The notes under the pieces were generated by a model. It saw only the letters and a program-made list of their open reading frames with translations. It was not told the DNA's origin and ran no database searches. A DNA stretch of 64,000 nt from an uncultured Hormoscilla sp. (GTDB lineage Bacteria > Cyanobacteriota > Cyanobacteriia > Cyanobacteriales > Desertifilaceae), in assembly GCA_963921275.4 (NCBI GenBank), contig OZ001293.3, positions 5,664,001 through 5,728,000 of the forward strand, read 5' to 3'. This document shows, piece by piece, positions 23,357 through 32,922 of this stretch; the first letter of the stretch is position 1, and the number at the start of each line of letters is the position of its first letter. The position numbers and the translations under genes are program-made.

Positions 23357-23951
23357 TTGTTGATTGTTGATTGTTAATCGTGCAACACGACATGCTCATT
23401 CATCTCTGTGGTTTGTTAGATGATGGAGGCTTTGCCAGTCCCTTGAATGTAAAGGATGAAGATTGGCAACCAATCAGACTCCATCTGATTCAAGTTAATG
23501 ATGATGATAATTTTGTAGCATATATTGATGCGCTCCATGAATACGCAGATGAGCCCTCCCAAACCTGCCCAAGGAAACTGGCTTCAAGTAGCCTTCAGTC
23601 AGGGTTGGTGGAGACATAGTTTGGGTGCATCCCATTTTTGTAATTTTGCGTAGCGTTAGGGGCGAGCCCGCTGAATTTTATTCCTCTTCGTCGTATCGGT
23701 GAGGTTGGGGGAAGGGAACAGGGAACAGGGAACAGGGAACTTTTAACAGGGAAACAGGAGAACAGGGGCTCCCGGGACGGCGGGGGCGGTGGGGGGATCG
23801 CTAGCGAGCAGAATAACATCAATTGATGCCTTATTTTTGATACTCCCCCAAAGCTTGGATGCGCCCCTTCGGCCCCGACAGCTTTTGCAGGACAACCCCA
23901 CCATAGCTAGTCGCAACTCTGGCTAACGTCGGTTGGGGGTTGGGAGTGTTG

Positions 23952-24119
23952 ACCTATAATAAATTGATTTCGACCTATAATAAATCGATTATAATATATA
24001 ATAAACTTAGTATAAATATGACTAAATTAATTATAACATATAATCGATTTATTCATATTTATACTAAGTTTATTCATATCCATACTAAGTCTATTCTGAC
24101 ATATAATAGATTCTTATCC
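23952..24119. repeat. AT-rich degenerate 21-bp tandem array (8 units)
   Basis: ACCTATAATAAATTGATTTCG, ACCTATAATAAATCGATTATA, ATATATAATAAACTTAGTATA, ... through ACATATAATAGATTCTTATCC. Confidence 0.75.
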
Positions 24120-24558
24120 GAACAGATAAGGGAGACTCAGACTTAAAGTCGGGACAACCCGTTCCGAGCTAGGCTTCTAGCCCACAGGGACGTGCTTGCC
24201 GCTCGCGCGAGCGCCTCAATGTCACGCTTTTACGTTGGTAGCCCATTTTTCTCTTTTTTTTTTCCAAGTCACCTTGTCTCTCTTGTCTTCCAAGTCACCT
24301 TGTCTCCCTTGTCTGGTCACTGCCTCTTTGTAAAAAACCTACCCTTGTAAGCCTCCCCCTCCCCCCACACCGGAGGAAGCTCCCACACCTCCCACACTCC
24401 CCTCCCCCAATCTCCGGATACGCCCCTTCGCCAGGGTTAAGATAGCCCGCCCCGTAACGGGTTTCAGAGCAAAAATGAGATGCTCCAATTAGCAATTAGC
24501 AATTAACCATTCTCAATTTTTAACAAAGGGTTGTCAGAGTGGGAAGAGATAGAGTATA

Positions 24559-27500
24559 ATGGAGGGAGAGGGAGGAAGAAGACTCCCCCAGGCCAGAGCA
24601 GCGATCGCCCGCAAGCAACCCGATATTATCCTCTTGGATCTAGGCTTTCCCGAACAGGCAAAAAACGGGTTTCAACTGTTAGCGGAACAGACTCAATCCC
24701 CCGTGCCTGTGTTAGTATTTACTGATCGAGAGAGCTTGATTGACCGGGTAAAAGTGGCTCGTTTGGGAGCACGGGGCTTTCTCCAGAAACCTATATCTAC
24801 AGCGCAAATTATGGAGGCGATCGCTCAAGTTATGGAAAAAACGGACCCGACCGTGGCCAAGCTGCTGATTGTAGACGATGACCCTCAGATGCTAGACCTG
24901 CTGCGCGCAGTATTAGAACCTTGGGGATTTACAATCACCCTGCCAAACGACGCCAAGCAGTTCTGGAATACCCTAGAACAATCGGCTCCCGATTTGCTGA
25001 TTTTAAATGTAGAAATGCCAGAGTTTAGCGGGATAGACCTGTGCGTGCGATTCGTTTAGCGTAAACCTACTTGACACGTGTCAAGAAAGGGAGACCGCTA
25101 CCAGGGTTCCATTAGCCCCGAGAACTTACAGGTGATGGTGGTGAAAGTCCACTCCTTCAGGTGCAGAAGTGAAAGCACTATCCCTACGGTAGAAATGGCA
25201 TCAATCCGTAAAGCGGGATAGAAAGGCGCTATAACTGGCAGCCCAAAACCGGTCAACGCCGATTTTTCGCGCAGCGTGCAAGTAACATGATGAGCGAAAG
25301 CAAAGGTTTGCAGCGTCGTCACTATCAACCAGTGTAATAAGGCTGACACACTGGCCCAAAAGGGAAAGGATACTGGTCATTGGCGGATGTACAGCCGACC
25401 AATAAGCACTGACAACAAACCCGGCGTATAGAACCCATCTAAAGTTACGACCAATCATCTGTAGGAACGAAGTAAACCGGTTGTAGACTCTCCATCACCG
25501 GTCGATAGATGGAGTAGCCACCACAGGCGCAACATCTGCTTTCATCTGGCAGGTCACAACTGGGAAAGATTAAGTAGAGAAGCAAATGGCCACCGGTAAT
25601 AGGTGGTATAGGCTGACGCCCTCATGGTTTCGTCAATTGTGAAGTTGTAAGTAGCAGTGAATATGTCACGGAACATCGTCGATAGACAAGTGTATGACTG
25701 GAAGGCCGTCCCTTGGCGAAAGCTAGAAAGGGTAGTTTTTAAGCTGCAAAAACGAATTTACAGAGCGGCACAGGAAGGCAACTTGCAGTTAGTTCGCAAG
25801 CTCCAAGGGTTACTGAATAGGTCATGGTCCGCCAAGATGATAGCGGTTCGGCAGGTAACACAACAGAACCAGGGAAAGAAGACAGCTGGTGTGGATGGTG
25901 TAACAGCACTAACCCCAAAACAACGACAAGAACTGGTAGGTCAACTCAAAGTCACCAGAGAAGCAAAGGCAAAACCCACACGTCGAGTGTGGATACCCAA
26001 GCCAGGAAGGGACGAAAAGCGGCCACTAGTAAGACCGACGATACACGACCGCGCACTTCAGAGATTGGTCAAACAGTCGCTAGAGCCCGAATGGGAAGCG
26101 TACATGGAAGCCAACTCCTACGGATTCAGACGCCCGAGAGGATGCCACGATGCGATCGAAGCGATATTCAATAGCATCAGATACAAACCCAAGTGGGTTC
26201 TAGACGCCGATATTGCCAAATGTTTCGACAAAATTGACCACTCAGCACTCCTAGAGAAATTGAATACAACATCACCAATCCGTAGACAGATACGGGCATG
26301 GTTAAAAGCCGGAGTGATGGACCAGGGAATATGGCAGGACACAGAAGCCGGAACTCCTCAAGGTGGGGTAATATCACCACTGCTGGCCAATATAGCCCTA
26401 CATGGGTTGGAAAAGGTAGTGATGAGTCTTGCCCACACAAAGAGTGAGAAAAGTAAACTAACAATAGTCAGATACGCCGACGATTTTGTGGTAATGCACG
26501 ATGACCGGTCAATGATTGAGCGGGTACAAGGAGTAATTGAGGAGTGGTTAAGAGGGATAGGACTAGAGTTGAAAGCCGAGAAAACCCAAATATCTCACAC
26601 GCTAGAAGGAGAAAACTCAGGATTTGATTTCTTAGGGTTCAACATCCGACAATATGCAGTAGGGAAACACAGAAGCGGTAAACTCACCAACGGAACCCCC
26701 CTAGGATTCAAAACCCTAATCAAACCTAGCGATAAATCCATTAGGAATCATAAAGAGCAACTATCACAGATAGTTCGCCGCCATAAATCGACACCACAAA
26801 CAGCCTTGATAGCCAAACTAAACCCAATGATCAGGGGGTGGAGCAACTACTTCAAGACGGTGGTAAGTAAGTTTCCTTACACCGACATGGACAAATACCT
26901 ATGGGAGCTGCTATGGCAATGGGCAAAAAGAAGGCATCCCAACAAAACGGGCAAATGGATTGCCAGTAAATATTGGGCCATAACCGGGAAAGACCGGTGG
27001 AGGTTCACGGGCAAATCAAAAGAAAATGGAGAAATAAAGCTAAACCGGCACTCTGAAACTGAGATAATCAGACACACAAAGGTAAAAGGGACAGCTAGCC
27101 CGTTTGACGGTAACCTAGTCTACTGGAGCCAGAGATTAAGAAAGAGCCCGGACGTAAGCACGAGAGTGATTAACCTACTCAAGAGGCAGGAGGGCAAGTG
27201 CCAGCATTGCGGACTAACGTTTAAGAACGGCGACAAATGGGAAGTGGACCACATTCTGCCAACCTCACTGGGAGGAAAGGACTGGTACTCCAACCTACAG
27301 TTGCTACACGATTACTGCCATGATTATAAGTCTGCCAGAGATGGCAGCAAAGGCCGTATCCATGACAAGGATGACGAAACTGAGGAGCCGGATGAGGTGA
27401 AAGTCTCACGTCCGGTTTTGAAGACGAGTCGGTACGGTGACGTACTGGCTTAGTTTAATAAAGTAGTGCGCAATGACCCACATTGGAATGATTTGCCCGT

Positions 27501-28146
27501 GCTGTTTTTCTCAGCTCACACCGATGCCGAAACATTGCATCAGGTGTTTGCAGCTGGCGCCGATGACTACGTGCAAAAGCCAATTGTCCCACCAGAACTA
27601 ATCGCCCGGGTTATGAATCGACTGGAACGCAATCTCATGGGGCGCAAACTGTCGGAAACTGATGGGCTAACTGGTATTAAAAACCGGCGGAAATCGGGAC
27701 AGGAACTCACCCGCATGCTACATCTGGCAGAACGGCACAAACAGCCTTTCTGTTTGATGCTATTGGATTTAGATAAGTTCAAACAAGTCAATGACCAGCA
27801 CGGTCACGATGCAGGCGATCGAGTGTTGAGTCTTGTGGGAGAACTCCTGAAGCAAAACTTTCGCAGTGAAGATGTGGTGGGTCGCTGGGGCGGCGAGGAG
27901 TTTGTCGTTGGTCTCTACGGGACGACCAAAGATCGGGGCGTGGCACGACTGACAGCATTTCTGGAAAACCTGCGTCAGCACACATTTACCGATGCCGATC
28001 ATCACGAGTTTCATGTCACCTTCAGTGCGGGGGTGGCCGAGTATCCCCAGGATGGGACTGACCTGCAAGCACTCTATCGGGCCGCTGATACCATCCTCTA
28101 CCAAGCCAAGGCAGCAGGTCGAAATCGGGTATTACCCGTGCAATAA
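24559..28146 (+). CDS. REC-REC-GGDEF diguanylate cyclase split by a group II intron (exons 24559-25044 and 27460-28146); 5' end looks truncated
   Basis: Joined exons read ...SGIDLC|KVVRNDPHW... in frame; GGEEF motif and RSED I-site present. Confidence 0.85.
25045..27459 (+). mobile_element. Group II intron (IIB, chloroplast-like), ORF-containing
   Basis: GTGCGATTCGTT start; DV GAGCCGGATGAGGTGAAAGTCTCACGTCCGGTT; end TTAGTTTAAT; EBS1 GTACAG pairs with exon CTGTGC. Confidence 0.95.
25657..27453 (+). CDS. ltrA: Group II intron reverse transcriptase/maturase with HNH endonuclease
   Basis: GTPQGG, RYADDF, X domain and HNH; diverged paralog of 8217-9989. Confidence 0.95.
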   Translation: MNMSRNIVDRQVYDWKAVPWRKLERVVFKLQKRIYRAAQEGNLQLVRKLQGLLNRSWSAKMIAVRQVTQQNQGKKTAGVDGVTALTPKQRQELVGQLKVTREAKAKPTRRVWIPKPGRDEKRPLVRPTIHDRALQRLVKQSLEPEWEAYMEANSYGFRRPRGCHDAIEAIFNSIRYKPKWVLDADIAKCFDKIDHSALLEKLNTTSPIRRQIRAWLKAGVMDQGIWQDTEAGTPQGGVISPLLANIALHGLEKVVMSLAHTKSEKSKLTIVRYADDFVVMHDDRSMIERVQGVIEEWLRGIGLELKAEKTQISHTLEGENSGFDFLGFNIRQYAVGKHRSGKLTNGTPLGFKTLIKPSDKSIRNHKEQLSQIVRRHKSTPQTALIAKLNPMIRGWSNYFKTVVSKFPYTDMDKYLWELLWQWAKRRHPNKTGKWIASKYWAITGKDRWRFTGKSKENGEIKLNRHSETEIIRHTKVKGTASPFDGNLVYWSQRLRKSPDVSTRVINLLKRQEGKCQHCGLTFKNGDKWEVDHILPTSLGGKDWYSNLQLLHDYCHDYKSARDGSKGRIHDKDDETEEPDEVKVSRPVLKTSRYGDVLA

Positions 28147-28224
28147 TTTGGTAAAATCAATATTAAATCGATCCAGGACTGATAAATGAAATGACATCCC
28201 CAGAACCACCGGTACGTACCTCCA

Positions 28225-28536
28225 ATGCCGATGAGGATGGCAATGCATCGCCATCTACTTACGGTTAGTCCAGAGACTTGCATCAAAGCGGCGATCGCCC
28301 TAATGAGTCAAGCACAAAGCAGTTGTGTCTTGATTGTAGAGGGATCGAGTCTGACTGGTATCTTTACAGAACGAGATTTGGTCAGATTAATTGCCTCGGG
28401 TACCTTGACAGAAGAGGCGACCGTTGATGGGGTGATGACCAGAGAACCGATCGCCTTGAGAGTTGATTGCTATGGCAATGAGCAATTACAAAAAGGTTTT
28501 AATCCCAGGAAAGTTAGAAATAATCGATCAATTTAG
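28225..28536 (+). pseudogene. CBS-domain protein, probably truncated
   Basis: SSCVLIV...LTGIFTERDLVRLIA...VMTREPI, then degenerates. Confidence 0.6.
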
Positions 28537-28547
28537 GAGGAGTGAAG

Positions 28548-28721
28548 ATGAATAATTACCCTTGCTGCTCTGATACAATGTTACGTCACATTCGCCATCA
28601 CGAAATCTATTGGTATTGTCCTTCCTGTAGGCAGGAAATGCCAAATTTCACAACATTGATTAGTAAGTCAAGCTTGTTAAGCAACATCGAGCTTGAGAAA
28701 AAACAGTCAACCATGGTATAA
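28548..28721 (+). CDS. Small Cys-containing conserved cyanobacterial protein (57 aa, zinc-ribbon-like)
   Basis: MNNYPCCSDTMLRHIRHHEIYWYCPSCRQEMP with an AGGAGG RBS. Confidence 0.7.
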   Translation: MNNYPCCSDTMLRHIRHHEIYWYCPSCRQEMPNFTTLISKSSLLSNIELEKKQSTMV

Positions 28722-28795
28722 CTCTGGGATTTAAGTGCAAGTCCTGAACGGATTACGGATGACATTTGATGACAAAAAAACATTAACAAAATAAA

Positions 28796-30019
28796 ATGAC
28801 AAAGCAATCATTACCTGAGGAGAAGACTGAGAAAAATCTCTGCTGTTATGTGAATGGAAGGAGGCAGTGCGATTCGTTCCGACATAAGCCAGTAGGTGAA
28901 AGTCGGGTCTGGCTCTATCAGCCAGATAACTCTGGTTATCATGGGGGTTAAATTCCCTTTCCCCAGGTACGGGGGTCGAGGGTACTACCGGTCGGAGGTG
29001 CTACGGAGCCACATCGCCGTGGTGCCTCCCGAGGACTTAAATGTAGGATAACTGGCAGCCTAAGCCGGTGACGCCGCTAGGAAAGATGCTAATGGTTAGA
29101 ACAAGCGAACCTATGTAAACCTCGTTAACCAGAACCAGCGGAAGAAGGCTTATGCGCTTGCCCAAAAAGGGAAATGGTAGTTAGTATTAGCTCTTGCCTC
29201 TGGCTAATAACGTACTCAAAGAACTCCCGGGGTATAGTAGGAACCTAAAAGCATCGTGAAATGATACTAGGGAACGAAGTAACCTCTCGTGAGCTGTCCC
29301 CATTTGGACAAGTTAGATGTAAAGCGCAAGCCACGAAGAAGAAGGATGTCCTAAGAAGCTAACGCCCAGGGTAATGCCTGTGGATATGCAGACGTAGGAC
29401 GGATATGGTAAGACACCCTTGGGAAAAGTAACCTTAATGTCACAGAACTAGGGAGAAATTCCGAAAGTACGAATTTTGGATTCAAATCTTAGCCAGGTAA
29501 AGTTCAGAGCCCTTACGAAAAGCGGAAAGCAGAATGGGGAAGATGTTAGTAAAGAGCGGCGAGTATGGTTTGCTGAACTATCCTCCGCGAACCTTCCGCA
29601 GCTCAGTACTTAAACGGTCCAATAGGATTGACCATAAGGGGTAAAATTTCAAAGGGTAAGGGACAACGGGGGTAACCCCCAGTAATCCTACTGATGACAA
29701 CAGCTTACCAACCAGTAGCCGTGTGCGGTTCCAGTCGCTCTTCAGGTTTCGCTCTTGGAGGGTTGGGGAGTGATTCCCAGCTCGACCCCGACCATTGCTG
29801 GTGCTTCGGATCGCCAATATTCCCAATTGGTATTTTGAGCGAGTGGTTTTTCCCAAAGAGCGCTTATTGTTTGCAGCACCGCCAACAGCTAAGCTAGAAA
29901 TTCATCAGCACAACCATGATGGGACAACTCTATCAGATATTATTCCCTGCAAGTACTTGCGTGTTGATGAAGTCAGCCATAATAATAGAGCAATCGAGTT
30001 ATGCAGTTCTCCTGGTTAG
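28796..30019 (+). pseudogene. DUF1830 family gene interrupted by an ORF-less group II intron
   Basis: Exon 1 MTKQSLPEEKTEKNLCCYVNGRR; exon 2 LLVLRIANIPNWYFERVVFP...LEIH...IPC. Confidence 0.75.
28867..29792 (+). mobile_element. ORF-less group II intron (926 nt) with degenerate DV
   Basis: GTGCGATTCGTTCC start; DI-DIII similar to 11243-12076; end CTCGACCCCGAC; DV GAAA loop changed to TCCA. Confidence 0.88.
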
Positions 30020-30315
30020 GAGCGGGTTGGCGATCGCCAACCCGCTTAAAAATTACCTGATAGTAAAAAAGAGGAGGTAAAAGAAGCATGTTCCATGAAT
30101 TTGAAGGGGCTAAAGTCACGGCTTTTCAAATCAAGAAATGTCAGCCCCAGGAGTTGACAATTGTAGCCGATCGCGACAGCGCGGCGCCAGCCGTAGAATT
30201 GCTAGCATAGTTAAGGTTCAGAGAAGTCATAGATCCTGGTGGGCGGTGCTCGCCATACTAGCTAAAGAATGCGCTGCGCGCACGCTACGCGGACGCCTGG
30301 TGGGCGGTGCCCACC

Positions 30316-32880
30316 CTACGAGAAATTACGACGAGCAGCTGACAGCAGGAGGCGCTGTTCCCCACGGGAGATCGCCTGCCGGGTACGATCGACGGCATTA
30401 ATATCTACAGAAATGGAGGTGATACCCCAGCGCACTAAAGCATCTATTAATTCGGGATACATCGCCGGTGCCTGACTGCAGATAGAACAAGGAATTCCAG
30501 CTTGCCGTGCCATGGTAATTAACTGCTCGATCGCCCCCATGACAGCGGGATGACTAGCATTAAGATTACTTGCCAGGGGACCTAAGTCCCGATCAACCCC
30601 CAGCAACAGCTGAGTCAAATCATTGGTGCCAATAGCAATTCCCTGGACTCCAGCTTTAACATATTCGGGCAACAAAAATAAGATAGAAGGCACCTCGGCC
30701 ATGATCCAGAGTTGTAGAGAACGGAAAGCAAAGGTTTCTACCCGACGGCGACAAAAGGAAAACTCCTCTACCCTGCGCACAAAGGGCAAAATTAAGTTAA
30801 CATTGGTTAAACCCTCCTGGTGTAACCTGGCCAAAGCAGCTAGTTCCAGATCGAATAAAGTCGGATATAGCTGATAGCTGAGAGTCCCTCGCAAACCTAA
30901 TTCGTTTCTATCGCTGTCAGACCGCAAATCAAAAGAGCGATAAAATACTGGTCGGGGGGCAAAGGTAGCCGCAAACTTCCGCAGGATCTCCACCCATTGA
31001 TCGATCAACTCCGCCCCGCGACCCTGCTGCAACCACCACTTGGGATGCTTGTTCTCTAAAACCTCTGGGGCCATTAGTTCCGATCGCAATAATCCTACCC
31101 CATCCACGGGCAGGTCTTTGGCCCGTTCCAGAGAACTGGGTTGAGACAGGTTAACTAGCAGTTGCGTGGCAATGGGGTATGGAAAGTGCAAGTGACCGAC
31201 TGTGCTTGCCTGTGGGACTGGTACAAAGGAGTCTTCGATGTCTCCGGAGTAGTGCTCAGATGATGTCCCCTGGGTTTTGGCGATGTCTTCGGGGTTTTTG
31301 CGATGCATCCCGTCGCGCAGCGTGGCGCAGCCATAGACATCGGTCCGGGGGACATCAAGCTCTCCGGAGACATCGAAAGCCTCAACCTGATAAACTTCAC
31401 CTTTGTTGCCATCCATGAGTAATCTGGTGCCAGTGGAAATTACTTGCGTGGCATTACTGGCACCGAGAATGGCTGGGATACCCAATTCTCTGGCAACGAT
31501 CGCCCCGTGGCTAGTCAGTCCTCCCCGTTCCGCGATCGCCCCAGCAGCTTGTTTGAGTAGAGGCAAGTAATCAGTAGTGATTGCCCGCACTACCAAAATT
31601 GTACCCGACACGGCTGGCGCCGCGCTGCGCGATCCGACTGGCTCTCCGGGGTGGGAAAGCACCGTCGCAGGAGCGATCGCGCGTCCGGCCGCAGCGGCCA
31701 GTCCTCTGAGGACTAGCGTAGGAGATTTCGGATTATCCATTAGTTGGGGTCTGGGACTAGAGGGTGGGAGTACAGCATCATCTTTTTCTCTATTTTCCCC
31801 AGTCTCCCGTCTGGGAATTGTTTGCGTCAGCACAAGTTGCGGGTCGTTACCTGGTGCGAGTGAAGCCTGGACCGTCCATTCTAAAGTAAATCTAGGACTA
31901 AAGTCTGCTGCTATTCTAGTTGCGAGGGCAATTAGCTGTTGCAGGTAAGTTTGGTCTAGGGAATTGGTTGCGATTAGTTCCTCGCTGACTGTATAGCTTT
32001 GTAAAGGCGATGTCTTCGCGATGCCTTCCGGGTTTTCGCCGTGCGTCCGGAAGGCATCGTAGGTTTTTGCGATTTTTCGCGCAGCGTAGCATCCCGATTT
32101 TTCCGGAACGGTAGACATCGAAGTCGGGCTATCATGGTCGGAAACTAAGTGATAGGCAATGCTTTTTTGACCGGGTACCTGTACTAGGATCGAGCCAGTG
32201 GACGCCTCCACTTCCCAGTAGTCTGGGATGACTTCTCCTTTTACCAGGGACATTCCTAACCCCCAAGTCCCCTGGATGCTCCAGATTCGGTTGGCCCTTA
32301 AGACTCCAGAGGCGATCGCATTCTGGATCGGTTGCACCAAGACCGCCCAGTTAATCTGTGCGATGCTAATACCTCTGCGCTGCCAGAAGAACAAGCTGCG
32401 GGCTCTAAATAACTCCGCCCAGGCGAGTTTCAGGGTGCGGGCGATCGCATCATTATCGGTAAAGCTGACATAAGATTGCCAAAGTCCAGCAACAGTATCA
32501 CTTAACATAGGGTGATATGCCTCGCCACTCAGAGACTTGACATGCACAGAAGGGCGAAAAATTACTGTGGGAACTTGCAACTGTTTAATCCCTTGAGAAA
32601 GGGTTGCCAACCATTCTAGAGGTAGGGTGGCGTCCGCAAGCAGCTGACGGAGACGTCTGGCTTCTGCTTGCAGTTGGCGGGGGTTATCCACTCTCAAGGC
32701 TGCATATGCTGGTTCTAACCCGTCTTGAGTTTCCAGAAACTGCCGCCAGACTCCGCTGTTCACCACCAACCCCGGGACTACCGGATAGCCATGCTGCATT
32801 AATTGGCTCAGGTAAAAGGCTTTATTCCCTACCAGGGCCCGGTCCGTTGGTTGAATTTTCTCTAGCCAGTAAAGATCCAC
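30316..32880 (-). CDS. PEP-synthase/PPDK-like PEP-utilising protein with in-frame nested inserts
   Basis: VGNKAFYL, GGLTSHGAIVARELGIPA (phospho-His), DGVGLLRSE, MAEVPS and IGTNDLTQ motifs. Confidence 0.9.
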   Translation of the reverse strand: MDLYWLEKIQPTDRALVGNKAFYLSQLMQHGYPVVPGLVVNSGVWRQFLETQDGLEPAYAALRVDNPRQLQAEARRLRQLLADATLPLEWLATLSQGIKQLQVPTVIFRPSVHVKSLSGEAYHPMLSDTVAGLWQSYVSFTDNDAIARTLKLAWAELFRARSLFFWQRRGISIAQINWAVLVQPIQNAIASGVLRANRIWSIQGTWGLGMSLVKGEVIPDYWEVEASTGSILVQVPGQKSIAYHLVSDHDSPTSMSTVPEKSGCYAARKIAKTYDAFRTHGENPEGIAKTSPLQSYTVSEELIATNSLDQTYLQQLIALATRIAADFSPRFTLEWTVQASLAPGNDPQLVLTQTIPRRETGENREKDDAVLPPSSPRPQLMDNPKSPTLVLRGLAAAAGRAIAPATVLSHPGEPVGSRSAAPAVSGTILVVRAITTDYLPLLKQAAGAIAERGGLTSHGAIVARELGIPAILGASNATQVISTGTRLLMDGNKGEVYQVEAFDVSGELDVPRTDVYGCATLRDGMHRKNPEDIAKTQGTSSEHYSGDIEDSFVPVPQASTVGHLHFPYPIATQLLVNLSQPSSLERAKDLPVDGVGLLRSELMAPEVLENKHPKWWLQQGRGAELIDQWVEILRKFAATFAPRPVFYRSFDLRSDSDRNELGLRGTLSYQLYPTLFDLELAALARLHQEGLTNVNLILPFVRRVEEFSFCRRRVETFAFRSLQLWIMAEVPSILFLLPEYVKAGVQGIAIGTNDLTQLLLGVDRDLGPLASNLNASHPAVMGAIEQLITMARQAGIPCSICSQAPAMYPELIDALVRWGITSISVDINAVDRTRQAISRGEQRLLLSAARRNFS
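31234..31377. repeat. Four-level nested hairpin element (A contains B, B contains C, C contains an SDR-like unit)
   Basis: Three concentric GATGTC...GACATC pairs around CGCGCAGCGTGGCGCAGCCAT. Confidence 0.85.
32008..32120. repeat. Family C element carrying a family B element
   Basis: CGATGTCT...GCATCCCGATTTTTCCGGAACGGTAGACATCG with inner CGATGCCTTCCGG-loop-CCGGAAGGCATCG. Confidence 0.85.
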
Positions 32881-32922
32881 AGTTAAGATGTAAATAATCT
32901 CTCGTCAACAGGAGTATGGAAG

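Noticed and set aside
23371..23619. 82-aa ORF after the ABC ATPase
   Set aside because: It starts within heptamer repeats and has no recognisable family, so it cannot be supported as a gene.
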